Shown here one piece after another: positions 1-10,059 of a stretch of DNA of 25,783 nucleotides. A model generated the notes under the pieces. That model was given only the letters and a program-made list of their open reading frames with translations, was not told the origin of the DNA and made no database searches. Source of the DNA: an uncultured virus (IMG/VR IMGVR_UViG_3300018414_000001) (lineage: Duplodnaviria > Heunggongvirae > Uroviricota > Caudoviricetes). The DNA is taken from IMG/VR virus record IMGVR_UViG_3300018414_000001. The stretch is one strand, 5' to 3'. The position numbers and the translations under genes are program-made. Numbering within the stretch: the first letter of the stretch is position 1; each line of letters begins with the position of its first letter.

Positions 1-79
1 ACGTAACGGCGACAAAAAACAGAATACTCAAGCCAATTACATACGCATTATTCTTTAGTGCCTTACGGAACTTTTTCAT
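1..79 (-). CDS. 5' end of a gene running off the window; N-terminus resembles a signal peptide or membrane anchor
   Basis: Manual translation [26 protein letters not shown]...; ATG overlaps the upstream TGA (TGATG); GGAGG at 86-90 (minus strand). Confidence 0.7.
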   Translation of the reverse strand, partial: MKKFRKALKNNAYVIGLSILFFVAVT

Positions 80-3000
80 CATAGTCCTCCAAAGGATGCC
101 ATCGCCACGGAGGCGGTCATGGCTTTTACAAACGGGGGCATGTCCGCGACCACTGCGGCGCGGAAAGTCGGTGCGGCGGCCGAGCCAGAGGCCGGGCCAT
201 AAAAGCCGGTATTGGCGTTCTGATTGGCCAGCGATCCGGTCAACGTGCCGGAAGTGGTGATCGGCGTCCCGGACCAAGTGAGTAGGCTGCTTGGGCCGGT
301 GATTGCGACGCTGCTGACACCGCCGGTTGGCGTCGCCCACGTCCCATCTCCCCGCCAGAACGTGCTGGACGAAGCCGACGTGCCGGAGTTGAGGTTGTTT
401 ACGGAGAGGTTCCCCGATACGTCCGTCGCCAGCGCCACCGCCCCAAATGTCGGCGCTCCAGCAGCGTTGCCATGCAATACGGTCGAGGTCGTTCCGAGCG
501 ATCCGAGAACCGTTGGCGTCGCACCAGCGCCGCCGCCAAGCACCAGAGCGTTGGCTGTCAGCAAGCCCGATGAAGCCAGCGTTCCGCTCGCCGTGTAGCC
601 AAGGATACCGCCGCTGGTGCCGCTCGCGAGGTTCGTGCCGCCCGATGCCACGGGGACCAGTGTGATCCCCTGTATCGTCGTCGCCCCGGTCCACTGAGCG
701 ATCTGCCCGTTCGTCGGAGTTCCGACGTTGGATACGTTGCCGCCCCCCGTGGGCGATTGCCACGTCGCCGTCGTGCCGCTGGTCGCGGTCAAAATCTGGC
801 CGTTGGTTGGAGCCGTCGCCGCGCTAACCGAAACCGTCGTGGTGGCCGAGGTCAATCCATTCGCGGTGGTCGCCGTGCCCGCCGTCAGGCCCGAAGCCGT
901 CCCGGTCAGGTTGGTCGCGACACCGCTGGCGGGGGTGCCGAGGATTGGCGCGACAAAGGTTTGCTGGCCAGACCATGTGTTCGCGTGACCAAGGGCGATA
1001 GAGGCAACCACGGCGCCCGTGGTGGGGGAGATCGTCAGGGTGCCGTCGCTGTTGGATACCGAACTGACGGCACCCCCACCACCCGCGAAACAATCCGCGC
1101 TCGCCGTCGAGAGAATGAAATTCCCCGAGGCATCCACGCAAACCGCGTTGGTCAGGGTGCCGGAGGTAAGGAGGCCGTTGGCGATGACGTGACCATTGAG
1201 ATTAATGGTCGCCGTTCCGGATGGCGTCAACGTAACTTCCACATTGCCAGCGGACTTTTCCGTCCCGGTGACGCTAGCCGTGCCGGTACCGTCATTCCAG
1301 CCAATGCCAGCACCAGGCACGCTCGTAACGCATAATCCATCATCGAATTTCGAGTTCGAGGCACATGCATATCCGTGCTTAAACTCACCCTGGGCCTGTG
1401 CCGGGGCGTAGGGGACGAGCGTGGCGAAACTCATCCACTGATTCGTGCCGCCGCCCGATCCGCTCGCGCTCGCGGTACCTGTACCGGTGATCGTGAAGTT
1501 GGTCGAGGTCACGTTGGCGATCGTATAGTTACCACCCCCGAACGTCACGCCGTTGATGGTGTATATCGAGGGAATGTAGACGGTGTTGCCGTTGACCTGA
1601 GATACACCAGCAGTATTGTTGGCGATGGTGACCGTGCTGGTACCGTTCGCCGTCGTGAATGGATTGATGCTTAGAAACTCGATCGCGCCCATGAAATCGT
1701 AGCCAACGCCTCCATGACCGCTCGGATCATTAGCTGCACCGACCAGGGAATCCGCTTGGTTCGAGTTGCAATCGTAGATGCCGACCAAGCCAAACGCTGA
1801 AAAGCATGAGTAGATCGTGTTCCAGTTGTGACCCGAACCACCACCGGGAACGAAGCCAGTGACGGTACCCCCTTGAGCGCCATACCACATACCGATCGTC
1901 GGGCGCGGCGCAGCATAGAGATTTGGAAAATATCCTTCATCGGAACCCCGATTGATGTAATCTTGCTCGTGTCCCGTCGCGCCGAAGTAGTGCGTTTTTG
2001 TTGTGTCGTTGGGCGTATAAAACTGAGAATAGAACTCCTGATATTGAGGACCTACACCCGCCGCCGCAAGCGGAAGAAATGACGGATTTGCGATGACATA
2101 ATCTGAGTGTCCGACCGGAAAACCAGTTGCCCCACTCGTGAATGTTGTAAAGAACTTGCTCCCTTGCGTAACAAATGACGGCTGTGCCGTGACCGATGCC
2201 CCACCGCCTGTTGCGCTGCTGGTCGCGTTGGATGTCCATGTCACCGTAAAGTTGTTCGCATCTATGAGCGTTTGGACCTGGAGCCAGCCCGAGGGAGTGA
2301 TGCCGCCAACCGCCGCCGCGCCAGAAAGATTGACCCAGGCGCTTCCGGTTCCACCGAAACCATAAAGTACGCCGTTGACAGCACAGCAGTTCGGCCAATT
2401 TACCGTAACGGTCGGTGAACTGTTCACGACTGTCAGAGGGTTAGACCCTAGCGTGGCAATTGGCTGAGCGTCTGATGTCGTGCCAAACTCTACATCGTTC
2501 CCGATCACGCCGCCCGGCGTGGTGGCACGAGGGGTCTGTTGTACAAAGGGTTGCATATAGCTGAAGTATGGTTGACCAGTTCCGAACGGTCCGCTCGCAC
2601 GAGACGCCTGGAAGAGCGACCCTATCGTACTACCAGCGTCATTGAACGAACGCATCCAAAGACTTGTGCCGCTATTATTCCCGCTTTCCGCGTCGTTCTG
2701 CCCGAAGAGTTGCCACCGCTGCGCCCCGCTTGTATTGATCCTGTATGCTCGCTGCGTCCCAGAGGCCCCGTCCACCGATATTGTCGATTGGAACGTCGGG
2801 CTTGTCGCCAGCGCGATCCCCCCCGACCCAGTGACTGCCTGACCAAGCGCCGTCCCGACGCCGGTTCCGAGGCCGGTCAACCCGGCGACCGGCAATCCCG
2901 TCGCGTTCGTCAACGTCAGCGTCAGTGGAGTCCCAAGCGCGTTTGAGGCACCGGTCAATGACACCAGCCCACTCAGTGCCACCGGACTCGCGCTGGTCAG

Positions 3001-3309
3001 GGTGCCGTTGGTGCCGCCTGTGATGAGGGCGTTACCGGACGCGGAACCAAACAGTTCGAGAGAGCCGATGACCGAGCCGTTGGTCCCGAGGGTGAGGCCG
3101 CCGTTAGTGATGTTGGCGCTTGCCGCCGGATTACACGTCCCCCCGGCGCCGTTAAGCAGAAGGTTGGTCGTCAGACCGCCGGATGGGACGCAGCCGGTTC
3201 CACCACCGCCGCCTCCGCCCGAACCAGGACCCCAAGGCCCATACTGAGCCTGAGCAAATGCCGGGCTACTGGCGAGAAGTGCCAGAAGAAAAAGAAGGAT
3301 ACGGGTCAT
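79..3309 (-). CDS. Large Gly/Thr/Ser-rich tail fibre-like protein with predicted signal peptide (1076 aa)
   Basis: Long ORF; fibre-like motifs ([41 protein letters not shown]); N-terminus [23 protein letters not shown] overlap with the upstream gene. Confidence 0.75.
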   Translation of the reverse strand: MTRILLFLLALLASSPAFAQAQYGPWGPGSGGGGGGGTGCVPSGGLTTNLLLNGAGGTCNPAASANITNGGLTLGTNGSVIGSLELFGSASGNALITGGTNGTLTSASPVALSGLVSLTGASNALGTPLTLTLTNATGLPVAGLTGLGTGVGTALGQAVTGSGGIALATSPTFQSTISVDGASGTQRAYRINTSGAQRWQLFGQNDAESGNNSGTSLWMRSFNDAGSTIGSLFQASRASGPFGTGQPYFSYMQPFVQQTPRATTPGGVIGNDVEFGTTSDAQPIATLGSNPLTVVNSSPTVTVNWPNCCAVNGVLYGFGGTGSAWVNLSGAAAVGGITPSGWLQVQTLIDANNFTVTWTSNATSSATGGGASVTAQPSFVTQGSKFFTTFTSGATGFPVGHSDYVIANPSFLPLAAAGVGPQYQEFYSQFYTPNDTTKTHYFGATGHEQDYINRGSDEGYFPNLYAAPRPTIGMWYGAQGGTVTGFVPGGGSGHNWNTIYSCFSAFGLVGIYDCNSNQADSLVGAANDPSGHGGVGYDFMGAIEFLSINPFTTANGTSTVTIANNTAGVSQVNGNTVYIPSIYTINGVTFGGGNYTIANVTSTNFTITGTGTASASGSGGGTNQWMSFATLVPYAPAQAQGEFKHGYACASNSKFDDGLCVTSVPGAGIGWNDGTGTASVTGTEKSAGNVEVTLTPSGTATINLNGHVIANGLLTSGTLTNAVCVDASGNFILSTASADCFAGGGGAVSSVSNSDGTLTISPTTGAVVASIALGHANTWSGQQTFVAPILGTPASGVATNLTGTASGLTAGTATTANGLTSATTTVSVSAATAPTNGQILTATSGTTATWQSPTGGGNVSNVGTPTNGQIAQWTGATTIQGITLVPVASGGTNLASGTSGGILGYTASGTLASSGLLTANALVLGGGAGATPTVLGSLGTTSTVLHGNAAGAPTFGAVALATDVSGNLSVNNLNSGTSASSSTFWRGDGTWATPTGGVSSVAITGPSSLLTWSGTPITTSGTLTGSLANQNANTGFYGPASGSAAAPTFRAAVVADMPPFVKAMTASVAMASFGGL

Positions 3310-3761
3310 TGCAGGCCCTCGCCGCCGAGGCTTACCGAAGACCCGGAGGAATTAACCGAAACCGCATGAGTGCTTGGAACCAAATAGAACGGGACGTTCT
3401 GAGCGACGCACCCGGTCGATGATGGCGTCCCGGTTGTGGTCCCCGCTGTCGTGACCTGATCGACGCAAATACCAGCGGAATTCGCGGTGGCGAGCCAGCC
3501 ACCAGCCGCGGCATGACCGGCGTTCAGCGCCGTGACAGCCGTACCGCCGGTTGTGACGGTGGCGATATCGAGGGGGATGATGGTCAACCCTCCGGGCTTG
3601 GTCGCGGCCTGTCCACATATATTGCCGTTCTGATCCATATATCCTTGCGATGACCCCTGCGGAGGCGATGCTGTGTTGCATGTAGGGATTCGGATATAGC
3701 CGGTCTGCGCCCATACGGATGCCGGCGACAGAAGAACCAGCGCGAACCAGAGAAATCTCAT
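3306..3761 (-). CDS. Hypothetical beta-rich protein with predicted signal peptide and 4 Cys (151 aa)
   Basis: ORF packed in the operon; N-terminus [19 protein letters not shown]. Confidence 0.75.
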   Translation of the reverse strand: MRFLWFALVLLSPASVWAQTGYIRIPTCNTASPPQGSSQGYMDQNGNICGQAATKPGGLTIIPLDIATVTTGGTAVTALNAGHAAAGGWLATANSAGICVDQVTTAGTTTGTPSSTGCVAQNVPFYLVPSTHAVSVNSSGSSVSLGGEGLQ

Positions 3762-3777
3762 CGGGAAAGCCTTTCGT

Positions 3778-4488
3778 TCATGTTGGCCCGACAGCGAACC
3801 AGAAGAAGTTGGCGGCGACTCCAGTTGCTGGGGCGGTGATTGTCTCAGCGGTAAAGCCCGTCGCGGAATAGGCCGTCGTCAGTTCGACGAAGACCGCCAA
3901 ACCGCCAGAAGGAGCGTCTTTGAGCGTGCATTGCACCGAATATGGCGTCGCGGAAAACGCATACGGGAACGTGACGGTAGCTGTCGGCCCCGAAGAGTTG
4001 CCCCATTGCAGCGTTATTCCGTTTGGCAAATGAATGGACCCAGCCGGGTTGTTCGTCGCGCCGAACTGACTGAAATTAACAACCTGACTCCCCGCCGTCC
4101 CGTTCGCCGCCGTGATAACCCCCGTCGCCGCGATCGTCCCATCAACCGTCAACGGTCCCGTCAGCGTGCCCCCTGTCAACGGCAGAAACTCGCTCGCGAT
4201 CAACGACAGTGGGTCCTGGCTAAGACCCGAATAGGCCGGAACCGCGTTACCAAGGGCATCAGTCACTGTAATCTGATAGGCGCCGTTACCATATAGAAGG
4301 CACGATCCGTTGGCATCCAAGGTGACCGGATTCGAGTTCGGCGTGGTCTGCATATCATCTTGCCACGTCGTTTTCGGTGTCGTGCCACCGGGGACGTAGG
4401 TATAAACGAAACCACCGGACAAAGGGGCGCCGTTTGCGTCATAGAAAACCGCCCGGGGTTCTGGTAGAAGGGACGCGGAAGCAGACAT
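3778..4488 (-). CDS. Short tail fibre / fibre anchor protein (236 aa)
   Basis: N-terminal virion-attachment-like domain (FYDANGAPLSGGFVYTY...NSNPVTLDANG), fibre repeat FLPLTGGTLTGPL, C-terminal tip-like motif (LPNGITLQWG...VTFPYAF...FFWFAVG). Confidence 0.8.
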   Translation of the reverse strand: MSASASLLPEPRAVFYDANGAPLSGGFVYTYVPGGTTPKTTWQDDMQTTPNSNPVTLDANGSCLLYGNGAYQITVTDALGNAVPAYSGLSQDPLSLIASEFLPLTGGTLTGPLTVDGTIAATGVITAANGTAGSQVVNFSQFGATNNPAGSIHLPNGITLQWGNSSGPTATVTFPYAFSATPYSVQCTLKDAPSGGLAVFVELTTAYSATGFTAETITAPATGVAANFFWFAVGPT

Positions 4489-4489
4489 C

Positions 4490-4496
4490 AGGAGGT
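4490..4496 (+). promoter_or_regulatory. Shine-Dalgarno sequence of the plus-strand membrane protein gene
   Basis: AGGAGGT ending 4 nt before the ATG at 4501. Confidence 0.65.
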
Positions 4497-4500
4497 GCCT

Positions 4501-4764
4501 ATGTGGTTGGTATGGACTGTCTTAGGTGGCGCGCTGGTATACTTCTGGGCCATGGGAAACCGTCCCGCTCGCATCGGTATATTTTTAGTCTTTCTTCCCG
4601 TGTGCCTGGTGATCATGGACAGAATAACGGGGGCGTTTATTAGCCCAGAAGAAGCACTGATATGCGTTCCTCTGTTGGCGTGGATTTTAAGCGGGATTCC
4701 ATCTTTCATTCGCAAGAACCGCGCATTCGTAACAGATGAGCCGTTCAATTTAAGGTTGCCCTGA
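4501..4764 (+). CDS. Small membrane protein with about 3 hydrophobic helices (87 aa); moron or superinfection-exclusion candidate
   Basis: Strong RBS; hydrophobic segments; fills the gap between two minus-strand genes; visibly more AT-rich than the tail-fibre gene beside it. Confidence 0.65.
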   Translation: MWLVWTVLGGALVYFWAMGNRPARIGIFLVFLPVCLVIMDRITGAFISPEEALICVPLLAWILSGIPSFIRKNRAFVTDEPFNLRLP

Positions 4765-7380
4765 AAGAGACTGAACGCCTTTATTGTTTATGTTCAGCAA
4801 TCTGTCTCTTAATTCCTTCATCAACATTTGCCGTCCGGTTTCCGCTCGCGCGGCGGCGGCAACGGCTTGTTTTTCGGCGTAACCTTTCGCGACACCAGAT
4901 ATCGCGTTGCCAACCACCGCGCCTGTCAATCCACCACCGCCCGCTACCATATCGGTTAGCGCGCCGACGCCAGTTCCGACCAGCGCATTACCGACGTGTC
5001 CGGCAAGTCGCCCCGTGATAGAATTCGTGGCGAGATTCTGGAATGTATTGCTTCCCAACGCTTTCCCCGCCGTCGCGGTAAAATGTTCGCGTTGAAGTTG
5101 CTGGCGGATATCCTCAAGTTTCGATAGGGTGTCAGGAGAGAGGCTATCAGCGGGCTTAATGCCATTCGCACGCTGCTGTTTCGCGATATCATCCATCATG
5201 GATTGCAGCTTTGGCAACGTAGTCTCGTCCTGCAAATTAGTTAGCTTTCGGCTTTGCAGATACTTCATTTCCGTGACAGGCTTTGCCAATTCAGCATATT
5301 TCGCCATATAATCGTTGAAACCAGGGGCGCCTTGCTCAATCGCCCCTCTCAGTGCGTCGCGAACCTGCATGAGTTCCGAAGCCGCCAATCGGCCATCCGC
5401 CTTAGTTCCGGCGGCGAGGGGCGTCATTGCGTCACGAATAGCCTTGTCAACGCCATAAAGTTGTTCAGGGTCAGTCGCTTTTGGTAAAATTTCGCCGTCT
5501 TTATCAACCAATTTTGTAAGCACATTCCCCAGACTGGATACCACGGCATCACGTTGACCCGCCGGGCTCGCCAGGATGTTATGAATCGTATCAATGACAG
5601 GCGTAGGATCAGTTTCAGTCTTGTTCGCAAAAACCGCATCCCGCATCGGTTTTGTTTCAGTTTCTAACCTGTTTGCGAGAGAGCCCGCTACATCCGGATC
5701 AACGTCTTCCGGCTTTCCGACAAGGTTTTCTAGCTGTTGGCCAATTTTGGCCTTCCCTGCACTTTCCAGTGTCGTGAAAGGAACCGGCGTGTCAGAATCG
5801 CGAACGGCGCGGTAAAGTGTTGCAAGCCCAGAGTTTCCGGTAATGGTTGGAAGGGAACCTTCCGCGCCAGGAATTGGCGTTTTGTTTCCGATGCTGGCGA
5901 AATGATTGATGATCTGATCGGCTCGATTGGCAGCATCCGCCGGGGTACGAATTTGTCCTGACATCGGCGGTAATTCTGTTGGTATATGTTCGAATTCGGC
6001 TACCTGCGCGGGTGTGAGCCCGTTTGGGATCATTTCCGGTGCCGTCGCGGTTGACGCGGGGGACGGAGCGGGTGGATGAACAACCACATTTGCCTGTGGA
6101 ACAGTCGCGGGGCCACCGCTCAGCGGATTAGCGGGTTGTGCCACTGGCGCGTACGGTCTCTCGGCATTTAATGGGTTGTCAGTTGCGTTTGGCGGAATTT
6201 CCGTGGGGCGTGTTCGCGCCATCGCGTTATCAGCCTCGATCAACTGCTGAATACGCGGTAGAATTGGAACCTCCGCCCCAGGCGGCACAAAACTGGGAGC
6301 CGGAAGAGCGGTCGGAGTCGCCAAGGGATTAGGTGCAACCACGGGAGAAGCGGCTGGCGCGGGCGGTAAATTCCGGGCTGTGTAGGCATCGGCTATAGCG
6401 CGCCCGGCCCCAGCCGCCGGAGAGGCCATTAAGCCGGGAACAACATTAATCAAAGCCGCCGTGGCAGATGGTGTCACGGTTCCCAACGCAGGGCTAAAAG
6501 CAAGATCAGTCGCGCCTTGCGCCAATCCGCGCATCCATCCCGGAATACCTGGACCAATCGCGCCAGTCGCATCATTCCGTGATAGTGGATAAATCGCGGA
6601 ATTCGTATAACCCGTTGGTGGTGCCAGCGCGTTCGTTATTGTCTGATAGGCTGACGAAAGCGGGTTCGGCGCGGCATTCGGGATGAACTGATCGCCACCA
6701 AGCGCATTTTGAGCAACGCGAGGGTCGCCCATGACAGGGGAAACCGGGGCAGGCTGCGCCATGGTGGCCGCAGGGGCAGCAGCGGCCTTCGCGCCCGTCG
6801 CGGTCAGAAAATCTTCATCGCTTGGTAAGGCAGGAGTCTCGGCACTCGGATGGATCACCATCGTTTGTACACCGGAAACCGGCGCGGCGCCTCTCTGCCC
6901 GGTTGTTTGCGCCAGAAAGTCAGCGTCCGATGGTAGAGTTTCAGACGGCGGGGGCGGGGAAGCCTTTGCTTTCGCGAACATCGCATAATTTGCCGCGACA
7001 GATGGCACATAAGCGCCCGTCTCGGCGGGGAGTGGCGTTCCGTTTGCCAGATGGGCGTCCATCCTGTCAGGCCCAGCATTATACGCCGCGACCGCCAACT
7101 CTGGGCGTTGATAGCGGTCAAGCATCTGACTGAGATATTTCGCGCCGCCATAGATCGATTGGTAGGGATCGTCGGGATTGGATACACCAAGACCGGATTG
7201 CGTTTCCGGCATTATCTGCATCAGCCCAGCCGCTCCGGCGGATGATCGAATCGGACGACCGCTTTTATCGACTGGATTGCCACCGCTTTCCTGCTGCATG
7301 ACAGACCGCAATAGGTTCGGATCAACGTTCCACTCTCGCGAGGCTTGTTCGATAATTGGATCGTAATCACTGACCGGCAT
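4750..7380 (-). CDS. Large ejection / internal virion protein with N-terminal lytic transglycosylase (SLT) domain
   Basis: SLT motifs QQESGG (catalytic E-S), GLMQIMPET, AVAAYNAGP; Pro/Ala linker and helical C-terminus; P22 gp16-like position; ATG at 7380 preferred over TTG at 7392. Confidence 0.85.
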   Translation of the reverse strand: MPVSDYDPIIEQASREWNVDPNLLRSVMQQESGGNPVDKSGRPIRSSAGAAGLMQIMPETQSGLGVSNPDDPYQSIYGGAKYLSQMLDRYQRPELAVAAYNAGPDRMDAHLANGTPLPAETGAYVPSVAANYAMFAKAKASPPPPSETLPSDADFLAQTTGQRGAAPVSGVQTMVIHPSAETPALPSDEDFLTATGAKAAAAPAATMAQPAPVSPVMGDPRVAQNALGGDQFIPNAAPNPLSSAYQTITNALAPPTGYTNSAIYPLSRNDATGAIGPGIPGWMRGLAQGATDLAFSPALGTVTPSATAALINVVPGLMASPAAGAGRAIADAYTARNLPPAPAASPVVAPNPLATPTALPAPSFVPPGAEVPILPRIQQLIEADNAMARTRPTEIPPNATDNPLNAERPYAPVAQPANPLSGGPATVPQANVVVHPPAPSPASTATAPEMIPNGLTPAQVAEFEHIPTELPPMSGQIRTPADAANRADQIINHFASIGNKTPIPGAEGSLPTITGNSGLATLYRAVRDSDTPVPFTTLESAGKAKIGQQLENLVGKPEDVDPDVAGSLANRLETETKPMRDAVFANKTETDPTPVIDTIHNILASPAGQRDAVVSSLGNVLTKLVDKDGEILPKATDPEQLYGVDKAIRDAMTPLAAGTKADGRLAASELMQVRDALRGAIEQGAPGFNDYMAKYAELAKPVTEMKYLQSRKLTNLQDETTLPKLQSMMDDIAKQQRANGIKPADSLSPDTLSKLEDIRQQLQREHFTATAGKALGSNTFQNLATNSITGRLAGHVGNALVGTGVGALTDMVAGGGGLTGAVVGNAISGVAKGYAEKQAVAAAARAETGRQMLMKELRDRLLNINNKGVQSLSGQP

Positions 7381-8806
7381 TTGGCGTCCCAATCAATCCC
7401 TGGGCTTGTGCCCATCCATAGGACTTTTTAAGCGCGGCTTTGTCTGCTGGGCTCATGCTCTGGAAATAGGTTTGTTTCTGCGCGGGCGAAAGTTGCGCGA
7501 ACTGGAACGCACGGGGGTCGAGATTCGCCGCTAACCTGGCGGTAAATCCCTGGTAGTCCGTTTTATCTGGATATTGAACTGCGAGTTGCTGTTGGGCGCG
7601 GAGATAATCCGTATTGCCGCGAAGTTGACGAATGATGAGATCAGCGCCTTCTGGCGACAATCCGGCATGCGGGTTCGCGGCTTGCGTCACATCGAGACGA
7701 TGATCGCTTCCCGCTCCCTGAGCATCCGCGATCTGGGCCGCGAGTTTGTCGAAAGACTCGTTTGCCGCGACGGACTTTGGATCGACCCCCAACGCGGGCG
7801 CGAGTTGAGGTGCCCAGGAGACAATCGCCCGTTTGAAGTCGAGTGTCTTATTGACACCAGTCCCAGAAGCGAACTGCGCCAGATCGTTTTGCATATTGCT
7901 GAGAATGGCGTTTTGCTGAACGGCCTGATTCCCTCGATCTGTAACACCTTGGAATGCGACCTGGCTTTGTGGGCCTTTCGTGGTAAGAGCGGCTTGTGTC
8001 GCCGGGTCCAGAGCGCCAATAACGGGCACCGGTGTCCGATTGGGGTTGAGTAAAGCCGGGGGCAACCGCCCCGTTCCCATGGGGCTTGGACCAGACGCTC
8101 CGGGCGCGGGATTGACCAGACTCCCGGCCCCTTGCTGTTGAAGCCGTTGGGCCAGCGTTTCGTTGATGATCGTGCCGGGAGGGACACCTAACGCCACGGC
8201 TTCTTGCGCTGTAACGGGACGACCAACCTGAGAAGCGGATTCCGAAGGAGAAAGACCAACCGGCACCGCGCCGCCGTGCGCCTGGAATGTACCAAAACCG
8301 GGAGCGCCAGGGCCGGGAGTAATGCCCGTCTGAATAAAAGGTCCCTGATTGATTTGCGTCGGCGTCCCCGTCACGGCTGCGACGGAATTCTCCGGACTCT
8401 TCATCGCCTGAGACGTGATCAAGGACCTAATCGCCTGATCAAATGCAGGGCCGTCACCCATCGGGGCCATGGAATTGAGAGCCCCCAGGAAGCCACCCGT
8501 AGGCACCCCACGGGCCTCCACGCCGCCGAGCGCATCGGTAAGCGCTTTGTGTGTGATGCTGCCCGCGGGCTGCGCCAGAAGCGGCGTGAGGCTCTGATTG
8601 ACAGCCTGATTGATCTGTTGCGACAGATTGACCGCGCCGCCTTGAACCGCCTGCCCTTGTAACGCTTGCTGGCCAGGGAATAGTTTTAATTGATTTAAGG
8701 CGTTCGCGGCATTGGCGAAATTACCAATCTGGGCAATCGGATCGGGGGGCGGAGGCGCTTTCGCCTGCAAAGGGATACTCGCATTGATGCCGCCAGTCTC
8801 AGACAT
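7367..8806 (-). CDS. Putative ejection / DNA transfer protein (479 aa)
   Basis: Gln/Ala/Gly-rich, N-terminus INASIPLQ; position equivalent to P22 gp20; GGAG RBS. Confidence 0.7.
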   Translation of the reverse strand: MSETGGINASIPLQAKAPPPPDPIAQIGNFANAANALNQLKLFPGQQALQGQAVQGGAVNLSQQINQAVNQSLTPLLAQPAGSITHKALTDALGGVEARGVPTGGFLGALNSMAPMGDGPAFDQAIRSLITSQAMKSPENSVAAVTGTPTQINQGPFIQTGITPGPGAPGFGTFQAHGGAVPVGLSPSESASQVGRPVTAQEAVALGVPPGTIINETLAQRLQQQGAGSLVNPAPGASGPSPMGTGRLPPALLNPNRTPVPVIGALDPATQAALTTKGPQSQVAFQGVTDRGNQAVQQNAILSNMQNDLAQFASGTGVNKTLDFKRAIVSWAPQLAPALGVDPKSVAANESFDKLAAQIADAQGAGSDHRLDVTQAANPHAGLSPEGADLIIRQLRGNTDYLRAQQQLAVQYPDKTDYQGFTARLAANLDPRAFQFAQLSPAQKQTYFQSMSPADKAALKKSYGWAQAQGLIGTPNAGQ

Positions 8807-9275
8807 TCGACACTCCCGGCGTCATCGATGCTGGCGGGGGCGCCACGCTTTGCAGAGGCGCCCCCGCCGGAGCGTTTTGCGGCGCCTGCGAGGGTTGCTG
8901 AGACTTCTGGATGATCGCTGCCTTCATATGCACCTGAGCAGCCAGATTCGCCGCGTAGAGAGTTTTGAGCCATCCCTGAAGTTTGTCGGGATCAGGCGGC
9001 ATTCCGGAGATAAACTTAACGGCCTCATCTGGACTGACCTCGCCGTCCGCCGCTGCCTGAGCCGCCGCCTTGATCACATCCTTGGATTTGACGTTCGGAT
9101 TCCCGGCCAGTTCGCCAAGACGTGGAAGGATATATTCTATGGATTTCGATTTTTGGATGACATCAGAATACGGCAACGAATTGACGTGCTGCCAAACACG
9201 GGCATGATGCAGCATGAGATCGTTTGCCGCGATCTTTTGGGGACGGTCAGAGGTGAGAGGGTTGGGGGATGGCAT
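8799..9275 (-). CDS. Hypothetical protein in the ejection protein cluster (158 aa)
   Basis: ATG immediately follows the upstream TAA; its stop overlaps the next gene. Confidence 0.7.
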   Translation of the reverse strand: MPSPNPLTSDRPQKIAANDLMLHHARVWQHVNSLPYSDVIQKSKSIEYILPRLGELAGNPNVKSKDVIKAAAQAAADGEVSPDEAVKFISGMPPDPDKLQGWLKTLYAANLAAQVHMKAAIIQKSQQPSQAPQNAPAGAPLQSVAPPPASMTPGVSNV

Positions 9276-10058
9276 TTAATAATACCCGCTTGAAGCAGCG
9301 TTTCCAACGCCCACATTACCACCCAGCAACTGACTATATAGCGCATAATTCAGCGGCGCGTTCGCAACCGAGGAAAGCCCCGATGTCAATGCGTTTGCCG
9401 CCCCCACTGTCCCGGCTGCTGAAGCATTCGCGCCGCCCACCGCGAAAGCATTCGCGTTCTGCGTGGCCTGGAGGCCCTGCTGGCCAACCTGAAGTCCTGC
9501 CTGCTGGCCGGAATTAACGAGGGATTGAAGGGGTGTCAGCACGTTTGAGAGATTTTGCTGATAAATTCCCTGCTGAGTCGTAAGGGTGTTATTTGCAAGC
9601 CCGGTCGCATAAGCGGCGGCACCCTTAAGGGCATTACCGGAGACCCCATTTCCCGTCGCGGAATTTGCATTCTGTGTCGCCTGCAATCCCTGTTCAAGAT
9701 CGAATTGATAACCCGGCGTTGCTTCAAGTTGCGCCTGAGTGGGTTGAAACGTGAGACCCGGTATCCCGTTAGCCGTCAGAGGATTATTCGATGCCGGACC
9801 CGCGCTACCACCGGGCCCGGTTGTGTTGGGCAAACCAAGCCCGCTTTCCAGGCTTCCAAGCGCGGTTGAACCGGCCTGGACGAAAGGCGCTTCCGTCTGT
9901 TGCGTTTGCTCAAACTGGGCTTGTGCGGCGGCCGTGGCATTATTGGCGGCGGCGGCCTGAGTGGAGGCAGCAGACTTCGACGCACTGGATGAGATCAGCG
10001 CACCGCCAATCGCGCCAACGGCGCCGACCCCTGCTGCTACCGCTGCCCCGATTCCCAT
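9276..10058 (-). CDS. DNA pilot / ejection protein, P22 gp7-like (260 aa)
   Basis: Gly/Ala hydrophobic N-terminus then SKSAASTQAAAA; QAQLEATPGYQFDLEQGLQA motif; synteny. Confidence 0.8.
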   Translation of the reverse strand: MGIGAAVAAGVGAVGAIGGALISSSASKSAASTQAAAANNATAAAQAQFEQTQQTEAPFVQAGSTALGSLESGLGLPNTTGPGGSAGPASNNPLTANGIPGLTFQPTQAQLEATPGYQFDLEQGLQATQNANSATGNGVSGNALKGAAAYATGLANNTLTTQQGIYQQNLSNVLTPLQSLVNSGQQAGLQVGQQGLQATQNANAFAVGGANASAAGTVGAANALTSGLSSVANAPLNYALYSQLLGGNVGVGNAASSGYY

Positions 10059-10059
10059 C

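Noticed and set aside
3195..3235. Poly-Gly tract as a phase-variable repeat
   Set aside because: Mixed Gly codons, so it is a protein linker and not a simple sequence repeat
6980..7380. SLT domain as an endolysin or lysis cassette
   Set aside because: It is fused to a long ejection-type protein in the virion cluster, with no recognisable holin-spanin cassette nearby
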